Shown here: piece by piece, positions 35,210 through 49,211 of the stretch
Numbering within the stretch: the first letter of the stretch is position 1
Layout: each line of letters starts with the position of its first letter
DNA from: Amphiscolops sp. MND2022
Lineage: Eukaryota
DNA length: 64,000 nt
Direction: 5' to 3'
Assembly: GCA_964187785.1 (NCBI GenBank)
Contig: OZ076409.1
Location: 10,976,001-11,040,000, forward strand
The notes under the pieces: generated by a model
Told to the model about the DNA's origin: nothing
The model's database searches: none
What the model saw: the letters and a program-made list of their open reading frames with translations, nothing else
Position numbers and translations under genes: made by a program

Positions 35210-38200
35210 TTCCATCATAGTGAAACTTGAAAAGTTACAGAACATCAACACTGTCTTTGTTGTGAATTCTCGAGCTCGAAACTATATGGTGAGAAACAAA
35301 AAATGAGACTTTTCAGTACAAAAAGGACTGACTTTTTTGAAACAACCGAACGTGCGCTACTTTCATTAAACTCAAATGAAAGTCGCGCACACTCGGTGAG
35401 GTTTTGAGTTGAACAATGTCGCACTCTGTCAACATTAACTAAGCGATTGTTGTTTTAGGCTTAGAAAACGGATTTTTTTGACCAAAAATATGAAAGAAAC
35501 GACTAGCGAATCTTTAGAGAAAGAAATTTTGTTAAAATGTTGCACAGAACCAAAAGCTCTACGTGTATTTCTTATGTGAAAACATTCCTTGAAGAAATTC
35601 TCATCAGTCTCGCAAAACAAGAAAAATACCGAGTAGTTCCCTTTCAGACCCGAGAAACAGTTTTTCCTCAACGCAACAGCCTCCTCCAAAAAATGCATAC
35701 ACATAGCTTTCTCTCCTATGCTCAAAATCTAAACATTCAAAAAAGTCACAGAATTCCGAAAAAAACTCCGAAAGTTACCTTTATAAGTATAGAATATGTT
35801 TCTCTTGCGCGTACTCGAACCGGTACTCTTGCTTACTTGTCCCCCTCAAGTCCCAGAAACTTCCTTTAACCCTTATGCATGTGGAGAGTATTTTCTATCT
35901 TTTCTCGGTCGTCTGATAGCTATTGCCCTAGTTGAGACTGTGGGAACTTTTTAAATGCTGCAAGCCTGCACGCAGGGTAATTTTTTATAAAACCTAAAAA
36001 ATTCAGTAAGGTTCTGTGGGTAAATCTTGTAGATTTACACTGCATTTTCCACTACTGCAATTAACTTTTTAAATATTTCACCCTTCTTCACGGATACGAT
36101 CACGTTGTATTCACACACTGAATTCTCAACTACCCATCTGATTTAATCACCGCCTCTCAAATAGGACGCTGAAGATGAAGCTAGTTTGTTGTTCACATTG
36201 TGATTGAAGTTAATTTGCATTAAAATGGCGGCAAAATTGTTGACGTCTCAGCTGCATTTAAAATTAGAACTGACGCATAACAAAACTTGCAGAACTTCAC
36301 GCCAAAACTTTGATGACACTTTCAAGCAGCTTGATAAAAGTTGATGACAACAGGGAAATAAAAACGTATTAACGTTTCCCTAGGAGTTTTAAAAAATCAT
36401 TTAAAAAATGGCTGGCAAAGAACATGTAAAAAGTTCAAGCATGTTCAACAAGGGTGGCAAAGAGTGGTGGAGGGAAAGAATGGAAAAAATTCGTGATGAA
36501 ACAGATTTTTGTGCTGCCATAAACGAAAAAAAATTAAATAGCAAAAGCAAACTTTTCAAACGTCAAAGGATTCAACATATTGTTCGAACCGTGTCAACTT
36601 GGAGAAAAACTTTTCCAGTTCAGTTTGTTCTCCATGATATTGCCCAGTATCGTATCAATTCAGTAACACAGAATAAATTTGTTGCTTGAGTTTACAGATG
36701 TTTATTCTGTCAAATACCAACTACTATACGGACCAATCAATATCTACTTACCTAAAAATTTATTGCAATGAAAGCGAACAGAACGTCTCAAACAGCGTCA
36801 TAGATACAGAAGCATGACCTATGCAAGGCAAGGAAACCCAAAATACTAATATCAAAACCAACACCTGAAGTGAAACGTCTAACACAAGCTTAGTAATCAT
36901 ATTGCACCGAGTTCGAAAAAAAGTGCACCGAAAATTTGACGTAACCCCCAAGAGATCTACAGGCAAAGAAACATCGAAATTCCAGGTGATGACTTCAGGT
37001 CCAAAACAAAAACCGGAGTTCTTCACATCGTTCATCAGACAGATGCAATTGTACAGCGTTCAACTGAACTGTTAGTCCCTCAACTGAAGCCTTGAAGCCT
37101 TGATGACACAGTAATTGTAACGAAACGCGTATGAGGAAGTGTTATCAAATCAAAGGCCACACTTGATGACGAAAACAGACACTTAGCAGAGGGTCATTTG
37201 AATTAACTGATTTTTTACTTCTTGATGAAGCTTGTTAATTTGCAATGTTTTTTGTTCAATGTAAGAATTGTGATGAACACCACCTCTTAGCAACGTCCAT
37301 GATAGAAGAATACATTTCATTGTAACGTATTACAATCGAAGAATTAGCTCTAGTGAGTATCCCGACCTGACGAGAAACAAACCCGGTTGCTTGCGCTAAA
37401 CAAAAAGCGTTCAAGTAACGTAACTTGCGAAACCATCAAAAAAAACGTTTACAATTTTCATCAAAACGTAGCTTGTAGTGTTTTTTGGAGCTCCTTTGTT
37501 TGGATATTCACTTGCAACTATGATCTCGCTGAACGTCTGCAGATCTCAGAGTCACTTCAGCAGGCCCCTTGGATCAAATGAGAATGCGTATCTTAAAGCC
37601 GAAGTCGACCCCATTTCGTCGTTAATTTATGCATTTCAGTGGATTGTTGAGAATTCCAAATATATAGCGCAGTGATTAAGTGGTAATCCTATTCTCATAC
37701 GTGCGAAACATGTAAAACCAAGTTAGCGAAGGAGACGCGGCGTTCGCCTCGATGTCAAAAAATCTTCAATGATCCCGGTTGTTGAAGCATATATATCAAA
37801 ATCAAGCCAACAAACTTCATGCAATAGACACAGACTACAGTAAAGAATGTTCACATGAAGTTAAGCCAACTAGGTCATATGTTAACGAAACGGAGGATCA
37901 TCACAAGGAATGTTAGCAATGGAATGGAAATGTAAGCGAAGGCAAACACACAATTTAATTAACCGTGAAACTTTTTCGAAGTTTAGAGCGATTTCATGGT
38001 AGATATCATATCATGGTAGATATCATCACATGATGTTTTTGTATTTATACGCCTAATACGCACGGGTGTCTGGCAGAACCTTGTCAGTAAAGCCGGTTGC
38101 AAGAACATAGATGATATTGGGAAGTTGAACGCAAGGAAAAAGTTGCATATAAGACATCATTCAAACCGTGTTGCATCGGTCTTGAGGTTGCGCCCTCAGT

Positions 38201-38429
38201 TGTCAGTTGTGCAATGTTTTTAGATTCCGAAGCATTAGGGAATATTGAATTTTCAATGTATGTCATTTATAGAGGGATATTGTGTTTTTTAATATTTTCC
38301 GCTTACATACAATGGGGGAGGAAAATCATAATCTGTGTTGCGTTTGTTCCAAATTCTGCCAAACCTCCACGATTGAGTGGATGGAGACTTCACTTGACTA
38401 TTTTAGTTCCTTGACTATTTTAGTTACTT

Positions 38430-38500
38430 GGTAGCGCGGTTGGTAGTGCGTCTGTCTGGCAGACACGAGGTCGTGGGTTCGAAACCGTGCTGATGCGTTA
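38430..38500 (+). other. tRNA-derived (pseudo-tRNA/SINE-head) segment inside a family A element
   Basis: A-box-like tagcgcggttggta and B-box ggttcgaaacc; acceptor and anticodon stems imperfect. Confidence 0.55.
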
Positions 38501-39235
38501 CATTTTCAGCGGAAAACTTCCCGGTGCTTAGTCTCTTAAAAACCCTTTCTATAGAGTTCTGCAAAATTGGTTTTAAACTATTAACCTTGATAAATTTTTA
38601 CATTTAACTTGCCAATTGGAAGTGTCAGATAGTGTCATTGAATTATTCAAAATATGAATCCAACAAAAATACTACTCTGTAGGACATATTTCACATAAAA
38701 AGCGACATGATTGATAAACTTGGTACTGCTGACAAACTGTAGTGCTGGAACATTTAGTGGCATGGAAGACATTCTGAAAAAATAATCAACTGACTCTTCG
38801 TACACACTTTTTGTACGTAATGGTATCAAAAAACGCGTTTTTACAAATATTTTTGTCCTGTACCTCTTCACCTTCTTTCAGTTTGCTATCACTGCTGTAA
38901 ATTGAAATGTGTATCTAAAATAGGGCGTTACCCCGAATGCTATGTACTTTAATAAAAAGGTTAAAAGTTTGCTACTATCAATTTTTCATTGAATTTTCAG
39001 GTGATGTTTTGGGTGTTAGTTTTTTTCGTTTGGTTGTAACGTTCATAGGACAAGTTTTTTGTATTTATCGGGCAACTAAGTTTATTTTTCAAGAACTTGG
39101 TTAGAAAAAAGTCGCTACCAAGGATAAACTGAAAACAACCAATATTTGATTATGAAAACATTAATTGCAAAACTTGTCAATTTTTACACTGATTTGAAAA
39201 CATTAATTAGTGTTTAAAACTCAACAAAAATCAAT

Positions 39236-42200
39236 TTAGTTCAACGAGGTTTTAGCCATTCCTACTGATCTGTTGGAGCGAAACTTCCTGGTGTAAGTTC
39301 CCACTTCCGCTTTGTTGACACCATCGGATTGTCCGACTGCGTCAAGGTTATTGTCATTGGATGAAATCGTCAAAGTAGTGTCGGATTTGTTCGTCTCGGC
39401 TTCGGAGTTCGGCAGACCAATCAGAGGTGTTGCCGGTTGAGTCCGAGTTGCAGTGTATGCTGGTTCTTCAAAGAAGCGGTCTCGGGCTTGTTTCATTGAA
39501 TGACGACAACAGCTGAGACTGCGAGGAGTGTGATGACTTCGTTTGATGCTGACCCGAGTGACGTCACCGCTCGGTTTCCTCTCGGAAGACGGCTTCGGTG
39601 ACGTCATTGACGTTGCTCCATCTGCTAGTTTCCTACATCACAAAAACTGTCTGGTAAAAAATTATATATGTAAGTTAGCTAGGCTCTCTGGATTAATAGT
39701 GCTTCGATAATCAGACAAAAGCGCCCCAGACAAAAACGCTCCAGACAAAAGCGCCCCAGACAAAAGCGCCCCAGACAAAAGCGCCCCAGACAAAAGCGCC
39801 CCAGTCATAAGATACATGGGGTTTGCTGACTTTTTTCCGCCATCAACTTTAAGTTCCTCAATGCAATTTAATAAGTATGAGTTTTTCTTTTTAAAACAGT
39901 GTATTGATAAATTGATTCTTTAATAAATTAAAATTTTGTTGACAGAAACTTCAAAATTAATAATTTAAGTCTTTAATAATAAAAGTTTCCAATTAGAATT
40001 TGTTAGGTGTGAAAATGTCAAACCTGTGAATTTTTGTATTTTGTGAGTTTTTGTATTACCCGTATTTGGTTAGAACGCCTTCAATTAGATTTGAATAGAG
40101 GCGATGAAATCAGCTAACAAGCCGGGACCGGCCCAAATCGGCGCCATATCTAAGGCTCAAAAATAGCAAAAGGACTTCAATATGTCAAAGTATTGGTGAG
40201 TTGGGGACCCTTTTATGAAAAAAAATTTTTGGAAAAAAAGTCTCACAATGCCAAAAAAAACTGAAAGGGTGGACCCTTTGGGGGTTTTCAACATCCATTT
40301 TGTCGCAAAACATCAAAAAATTGAAGGGGGACCCTTTGGGGAAAAATTTTTCCTGAAAGAAAGTCTCACAATGCCGAAAAAACTGAAAGGGGGGACCCTT
40401 TGCTCTCGCCCGGTATGGTATGTTACGCGGGAAAACAGGAAAAACCTTTTTGGTTCAGTTCGCTAGGCCAAATGGTGCACTTTGGTGCAATAATATTTTG
40501 TAGAACTTTTGTAAAACTATTTTGGTCAGTTCAGGTGGTCTTAAAAAAACACTGACGAAAAGCCATGACTATAGTCGACTCTTTTCTAAAGAAAAGCGCC
40601 GACTGAAAAATAAGCGAGGCGCTTTGTATTGAGGTGTTTTTACTGGGGCGCTTATGACTGTGTAAAATAGGCGCTTTTGACTGGGTTGCTTTTGTCTGTA
40701 CACGAGCTTTTTCACAGTTCTCAACGAATCAAACTACTCAACTGGCGAGTTCAATATCCGACAAATTCAATCGGAATAAAAAAGCCAAGAATTGACCTTT
40801 TGGCGTTGCTGAAAGATCAAGGTTCTTCAAAACATCTCAATCTTATTGAGAAAAATGGCACTGAGCCCGTTGTCTTTTTTGTCACTTTCAGCCCGATTTT
40901 GGGAAAAAGACTCAAATTAGCCGGAAAAATTCGGCAATCATTCGGCTCATTTAACTGAAGAGCAAACTATCTTTCTATATATAGCCAAGTTGAAGATCCA
41001 CGTTCACAAATGAACACATCATTTCCAAGAACAAAGATTGAAAAAATTCACTCTGAAATTCTCAGTGGACCGAGAATGGAAAGCATGAACAAAAAAGCGC
41101 TCAGATCAACTTGACTTGGAATGTTGCTATTCCGGCATCGTCTACTGAGGTTCAATGAATTCACAACTTTGCGTAATCAATAAACGAAATTGCCGGTCCG
41201 GTCGACCAACTTTATCTTCTACACTCACTATTGTGAACAAAAGAGAATCCAAGATCTTTTTAGTTAATGAAAAACAGGGGAAAGACACTTGATAAAAAAT
41301 TGGCGGAATTGTTCGATTCCTAAAGTAACACAACGAAGAATCGTTTGAAGTAACAAAACTCGAATTTTAGATATATCTGATCTGTGAAATGAAATGTAAC
41401 GACATTGCCACCATACTGTTTTTTGCATTCGATTTTCAATGGATAATAAGATTTTTGATGTATTAAAATGGAAGCGAAGCCCCTTGTTAGCAGATCATGG
41501 CTTTTCATGCATAATTCATCCATGATTCATAAGTACGCCATGCCGAGAATCATTCCATGGTCATGGAAAGATATTAATGGTTCATGTATAAAAGCCCATA
41601 AATTTAACCATGATAATTTCTGAACTAGAAAATTGGTAAACTGAAATTAAATGTTCCACGACGAAAAGTGCAAGACGATATGTTAGTTCGTTTCAAATTT
41701 TGCTTTATATAAATACGTTATGATTCAACAAGTAATTTACCGAACTGAAAGTTTTCTAGATTATATTTTCTGTTATTTTCAGATACTGTTGTTTTTGCAG
41801 TTAACATTCCTCTACACAAAAGTTGTTTCAATCAAAGACTTCTTATTGGTTTTCGCTGAAATGCGTAAATTATTACAGAACTGCCCAAAAGCTTCCACGG
41901 TTAACAAAACATGGTGCTTTTGGTAATGGATCTTCGTGGATGAGACATGAGTTCTTGTCATAGCTATGATCATGAATGATTAGCCAAGACTCCCAAGATT
42001 CGAATGTAATGCAAATCACCATGTAGTATTGATACTAAGCTAAAAAGCCTAAAAAAGAATGAATGAAAGTCAATGCATGCAAATTCTTCTATATACCATT
42101 CGGTTACATTATCGAGTGCCTAATATCACGGCTACCTTATTTTCAATTGATGACGTAACAATGACGTAATGACAAGAGAAGACGTGCATGCAATACCGAC

Positions 42201-45200
42201 CCGTAGCGCTGATATATGATGAAGTCTGTGGCCTCGGGGTTGGTCTCCTGGATGATCTGGAGCACCTTGCTGGTGGTTGTGCCGTCCAGCTGGAACAGCT
42301 CCTGGTGACACAGGATCAGAGTCTGGGTGATGTACACTATTGGGGTGTAGTCCTCTATGTACTCCATCTTCTCCACTGTGATGTCGCTGTGACTCGCCGT
42401 CTTGCTAGAGGGCGGCTTCAGAAGCGTGGGTCCGAACACAGTCGCCAGGTTCGCCGCGTTCATCTTGCTCCCACTCATCTGCAAGAAGAGCGACCACATA
42501 TGTACCATATATCTACGCATTTGCTACCATGGAACTTTTTTCAAGAACATGGTAAACCTTGGAATCCTTGTCAAGATCATGGTAAACCTTGGAACCCTTG
42601 TCAAGATCATGGTAAACCTTGGAACCCTTGTCAAGATCATGGTAAACCTTGGAATCCTTGTCAAGATCATATTAAACCTTGGAATCCTTGTCAAGAAAAT
42701 GGTAAAACTTCGAACCCTTGCCAAGATCATGGTAAACCTTGGAACCCTTGTCAAGATCATGGTAAACCTTGGAATCCTTGTCAAGATCATGGTAAACCTT
42801 GGAACCCTTGTCAAGATCATGGTAAACGTTGGAAGCCTTGCCTAGATCATGGTTAACCATGGTTAGCCTTTGCACGATCTTCCATGGTCATGGTATCCTT
42901 GCCAAGATCATTGCAAGATTATAGCGATATATTGGCAAGTTTCTTTTCTTGCAGGGGCAATAGAGGCTTTTCTGCAGAATTCAAGCAGCAAAAATGAAGT
43001 TCGTAGCATATGTACTGCTGAAGATGTTCAATTTCTCTTGAAAAAAGTGCCTAAAATGCTTCAAAAAGTGGCAAAAACCCCAAAACAAAAATTTTCAGAT
43101 TTCTGCAGTTAGACAATTTTAGTGAAATTTTGAATTTTTCCGTTGGAATAAATGTCCACAGTATAACACTCGACACTGACAGGGCTACCAACGAGCAGGT
43201 GCATAAAAAAGCCCCATTCTCAATAATACATCAAATGATTGAGCAGCACAAAAACGTATGCTCAGTGGAATTTGATTCAAATTATTCACGTGTGCAGCCA
43301 GTGGAGAGTAGCTAAAAGGAGTTTTCAAACACAATTTCGAACACATTAGGGGGTGGCTACCTCTGGGCTAGCATTTGGTCCCTGTTCGGCGGTGGTGGCC
43401 TGGTGGATTTCGGACAGGAAGGACACGATGCAATGGAGGGTGTCTCTATTCGCCCTCGGCAGCAGACACAGCAGGTACTTCAGACACTTCAACTGCAACT
43501 TGTGATCGTCCAGCTCTGAAAAAAACAGAATTTTTTTCTCCCGACCTTTTCATGAAAATTTCAAAGTTCTCAAAAACTGTTCATACGATTTTCATAAAAT
43601 TTTGCAATCATTTTACACCCAAAGGGGCCCCTGCGTGTTCAAAGCAATAAAATCGTATGACTGGAATGTGAGAAACATAGCCAAAATTAGCCCAAAAACA
43701 GCCATTTTTCGACTTTTTTCGATTTTCTCAAAAACTGTCCATACGATTCGAACGAAATTTTCTCCAGTCATTCTACACCATATTAGAGTCCTATATGTGC
43801 AATGGCATCAAAATCGTATGGCTGGGATGTGAGAAACATAGCCCAAATTAGCCCAAAAATGGCCAAAGTCAATCATTTTTCAATTTTTTTTCTTCGATTT
43901 TCTCAAAAACTGTCCAATTTTCTCAAAAACTGTACGATTCGAACAAAAATTTCTAGTCATTCTACACCATATTATGGTCCTTTATGTGCAATTTCATTAA
44001 ATTCGTATAGCTGGGATGTGAGAAACCTATCCAAAATTAACCCAAAAACGGCCAAAAACAGCCGTTTTCGACTTTTTTTGATTTTCGCAAAAACTGTCCT
44101 TACGATTCGAACGAAATTTTGTACAGTCCTTCTACACGATATTATCGTCCTTTGTGTGTAATTTCATCAAATTTGTACTACTGGGAAGTGAGAAACATAG
44201 CCAATATTAACCCAAAAATGGTAAAAAAACAGCCATTTTTCGACTATTTTTGATTTTTGCAAAAACTGTACATACGATTCGAACGAAAATTTCTAGTCAT
44301 TTTCTTCACCATAGTATGGTCTATGTGTGCAATTTCAATAATTTCATATAACTGGGATTGCAGCGAGTCAGAAGGAAAAAGACCTAAGCCGACTCCTTTA
44401 CAGCATATGCGGCTCTGGTTTTATACACCTGAAGTGACCAAAAAAGTTCTACTAAAAATTCTACAAAATTTTAAATTGTACCTGTTGGCCCAAGGAACTG
44501 AACCACAAAGGTTTTCCCTTTTTTTCCGCGTATCATATAATACCGGGCGAGACTAGTGTCCCCCTTTCAGTTTTTTCGGCATTGTGCGACTTTTTTTTCG
44601 GCATTGTACGGAAGGGTGAAAATTTCCTTCAATTGTTTTTGAGTTTTGCGACAGAATGGATGATGAAAAATCCCGAAGGATTCCCCCTTTCAGTTTTTTC
44701 CGCAATCGTGAGACTTTTCAAACATTTTTTCGGGTGCTCTAGAAGAGAATACTTGACACTTTGAACTCCTTTTGCTATTTTTGAGCCTTAGATATGGCGC
44801 CCACTTGGGCCGGTCCCGGCTTGTTTCTCAATCTTTAACTAAAGCATGAGGAAGTATCACAGACCTTGGAAAATAATGGTTGCCATTCTAATATTACTGG
44901 AAAAATAAGGTATTTTTTTACGATTTTCGTCTCCGAAAAAAATATTGCAATATTTGCAATAATAACTTTTCAATTTAAAAAAAAAACATTGTTTCCAAGA
45001 TTGGGTTCAACTTCGAATCGTAATAATTATGGAAAAACAGTCTCTCGCGACAAGATTTTCTCCACAGTTGAAAAGGTCAAGAGATTTTGATTGAATTTTG
45101 GAAACAAATTAGAAAACATGCTGCAGCGAAAGAAATTATCATATTTATTTTGTGTCAATTATTGGGAAATAATTCGTCAACGCCATATTTTGTTTCAATT

Positions 45201-48200
45201 ATTCTTTTCCGCCCACATATAATGATATAATTTTTTTCCAAATTCTGCCAAATCTCCATCGTGACGATCTCCATCCACTTGCCTATTTTACATCCACTTG
45301 ATTATTTTACATCCACTTGACTATTTTAGTTACTAGTAACTAAAACAGTCAAGTAACTAAAATAGCTATGGATTAGTTGAAGCGGAAAATATCCCGGTGC
45401 TCAGCGGGCGTCTTGTTGGAAAACAATTCGTCAATGCCAATAGACATTAGCTATTGACGCCAAAAAGTCATCAATTCAGAAACTTGCAGTTATTTTTCAC
45501 TTAATTGTTTATTACCAAGGTCTGAATTATCAACTTTGCCGATGTTTTAGCAACTAAATATTGGTAATGGTTTCATTTTTGAGCAAAAATGACGTTGGAC
45601 TGTGTGTCTTATCCCCCAATCAGTCGCTGGGGAAAGAGAAACAAGGTTTAGATATCAATATGACGACATTGATGGCGCTGAATTTTTGGACAAATTGAAT
45701 CATTGATGTCGACACAAGCCTATCTTTTACAATAAATCACAGTTGAAGGTGCTCATTTTAATTTATGGCAGAGAAAATTTGCGTTAAAATAGGGGCTTTC
45801 CTATACAGTTTTAGCTTGTTCCAGAGGTGAATTTTTGCTTTAAAGTCAGAAAAAGATCAAAGAGACAATAATTTTTTGCTTCAAGTGTTGAAACAGCTCG
45901 AGAAAAAATCCTCCGAGTATTCATAGTCATATCAATTTCTTTCATTCGCCGAAGACGTTTTTCAAGCATAAAAGTTGCTTTTGTGCGTGTGGGGGGGTGG
46001 TTGTTTGTTCTACGATCTAAAGGGAATAAATCACAAAATTTTAGATCTTATTCTTTAGATCCTATTTTCCCTCCCAAAATAGCTATGGCTCAGTTGGTGA
46101 AGGCGAACTGGGCGTAAAATATCCCGGTGCTTAGCGGGCGTCTTGTTTGGAAGTAAGACACGAAGTCATCGACCTTTTTTGACCCGTTATATTCATATTG
46201 TCATACGTCGGCAGAACGCCTCTACAATTGTTTTAAATTAGAAAGGAACAATTAACGAGGGATGCTTAGTTCCTCAATTCAATTCTCCTACATTTTCAGA
46301 GTGAGGGATTTTTCACCCCTCGGCTCCAGATTAGGGAGGATATATCAAGCAAATAGGTCAGACGTTATAAGCATCTATGTCGATACAAAGTTCATAATCT
46401 TCGATCGATGGATGTATTTGATGAATGGAAGCAAAAATTCATCTTCCCACGAACAATGCCAAAAATCTGTATCATTAGGGGACTATTTCCAGCATTGTGA
46501 AGGTTTTTCAAATTATTGTCTTTGCTCCGAGGAAAATACTTTTGTTTCCATCCCGTTGACCTGTAAGAATTCACATGGGTATTAATACTCAAAGGTATAT
46601 ACCTTTGAGTATTAATACCCATGTGAATTCTTACAGGTCAACGGGATGGAAACAAAAGTACTTTCCTCGGAGCAAAGACAATAATTTGAAAAACCGGGGA
46701 ATGATTTCTTAATCGCAGTACCGTATCGCGAAGGGAAAATGTATGAAAGAATTTTTATCTCCAATATTGGAGATAAAAATTCTTTCATACATTTTCCCTT
46801 CGCGATACGGTACTGCGATTAAGAAATCATTCCCCGGTCGATTTCCTCGCAATCGATTAAAAAATTTGAAAAACATCAGAAAAAATTCTTAGAATTTCAT
46901 AGAACTTCATGCAGTTTACATGAGTATTTTATCAAAAGTTCTGAGATAAAATTGAAAAAGTTACAAATAGCTCACTTTGATCGAAATTGGGACTTTTTTT
47001 CCGTTTTTCCAGTTTTTGACTGCTTTATCCATTTTTTGGCATGTTTTATGCTCAATTAACTGCCACAAATCTACTTCAAGTTAAGCAATGGATAAAGTTT
47101 GATTTCAAAAATGATCAAGCGTTTTCGAATAATCAGGCTCAGAAGTTAAAATTTGTTCAATTTACCTCAATTTCACTTGATGCGGGTTGACCCTCCGTGG
47201 ACATCTTAGTAAGTTCTTGGAACAACCTTGGCTGAGATCTTGACAAAAAAATGCCATGGTATTCATTTTCCCATGGCAACATCTTATCAAGAGACCCATG
47301 TTCCCAAGAAAAATTTAATTGTAGAATCCGTTTCGGTCAGACAAAATCTGAAAAGAAGTCAACAAAAATCAACCTCTATCCAGATTAACATTGATAGGCA
47401 GAAAGTTACCAAGGTATAAAACTTGATTGAAGAGTCCTTATGCTCTTTATTTAGGGATGATTGAATTATTCTATCAATTGCAAAACCGTCGCCAACAACG
47501 GCGTCAGAAAAGCCTCGAGCTGAATCATTACCCAAACCGTGGAAACGACCGCCGTTACCAGCAGTAATAGGGGTGTTGAAACAGGCTCTAAAAATCTGGA
47601 GATATGAATTGACAAAATCACAGCCGATATTCTTAGTGTTCCCTGAGTAACTTTCCTTTAGTGGCTTTGGACGTATGAGAGCATTTATCCTCGTCTTTGA
47701 AATCGACAGGAGTGATGTGTTACAAGTTTTCAAAAACCCTTGAAATGATATTCGATTTGGTACATTCGCAATGTAAATTTGTTTCAGAAGTTTGAAGCAT
47801 TTTGATAATGAAACCGAGTAGAAATAGTCGTTGTTGGGTGGAATGAGCCTTTAGATTGAGTCTCAGCAGTTTGTACCGAAGAAATAGTGTTTTTTATAAT
47901 CTTAGAATTTTGTCCACCGTGATAAGATACGATCTTGAAATAATGTATTATCTTAGTAAGGTCTTAATAAGAATCTTGCCATGGGATCCATAGTTGCCAA
48001 GATGTAGTAAGAATTTGGTAAGATCGTGCCAAAACAGCAAAATGGGGAAGTGAGAGCAAATGGGTAAATGCATTTTTTGAAAACGACGCTCAGCGCATAG
48101 CGGGACGATTTAATAATCACCGTATTGTATAAGTGTGAGTATACCCCCAAGAGGTATGAAACTTTTTCTTGAGGATAACGAAGCTTGAGAGTACGGAATT

Positions 48201-49162
48201 TGAAGTGAAAAACTTCCGTAACTATAAGATATAAAATATCCGAAAATTCCATTAATTTGAGATCCCGATGATTCTACATCTGAGAGTTCTTTCTATATAG
48301 GTTTCCGAGAAGGAAGGGTTGATCCTTTAGAATAACTAAGCTTTAATATAGGGCAATTATATCATTTTTTGAGTCAGATGGCTTTTTTTGCAGGCGTCAA
48401 ATTTTTTTCGAGGCAGAAAATGCAAGTTTTGAAAGAAGTTTTTAAGATTTATGCAATTTTTGTAACATTCTGATTTTTGCAAGAGCTAGATTCTAAACAT
48501 GGATTTTTTTACAAGATCTTACAAGAATTCTTGTAAGAATTTAGCCAGAGTTGTGATGTTTGTTAGTATGGGGAACTCACTGGTGGTATCAATGAGAGGT
48601 TGATAAAGCTCTTTGGATAGGAGGCCGTCGGGCAGCTCGCGGAGGAAGCACTTCATAAGGGCGGCCACGTCGTGAACAGTCGCACTTGATTGGCTCACCC
48701 AGTCTATGTCCCCGTACGTGTCAAACTCCTCTCTCAGCTGCCACAAAAACATCATTCATCTCACTACCAATGGAAGGATGGAGGAAAGAAGAGGAAAGTT
48801 TATTTGAAAGGATATATACAAAACAAGTATCAAGAGTCTATTAAGGTAATAAAATAATTATCCAACGGATCCAAATTCATGTCGCTTCCATGAAATGTAA
48901 CTGAAAATCGCAGCGGCAAAGTTTGAATCAAGCAGCTGTATTATTTCGATCAAGCACAATAACTAAACGAGCTGAACAAGACTACATAATATCGTAATAC
49001 AAAGCTTGCATGAGAAGTCAACACGGCTTCCTTCCCCCAAGACGGAGTCCACATGTAAGGCGGTGTGATCATCAAGTTACACTAGCTTACTACTGCGATT
49101 TTTATTGGTACAATAAAATTTAACAAAAACGTTTTTTAAAAAGAGGAAAGTTTAAAATGTTT

Positions 49163-49211
<49 letters not shown>

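Noticed and set aside
35001..35251. ORFs with (LRPRT)n and (GHYAQ)n repeats
   Set aside because: Translations of the 15-bp MITE array; not genes.
36400..37700. Short ORFs suggesting a degraded coding element
   Set aside because: No recognisable motifs or consistent splice pattern; cannot be supported without a search.
42188..42875. Repeat-protein ORFs (QDHGKPWNPC)n and a possible CRISPR-like array
   Set aside because: Antisense to a RhoGAP exon plus a 30-bp minisatellite with no unique spacers; eukaryotic context.
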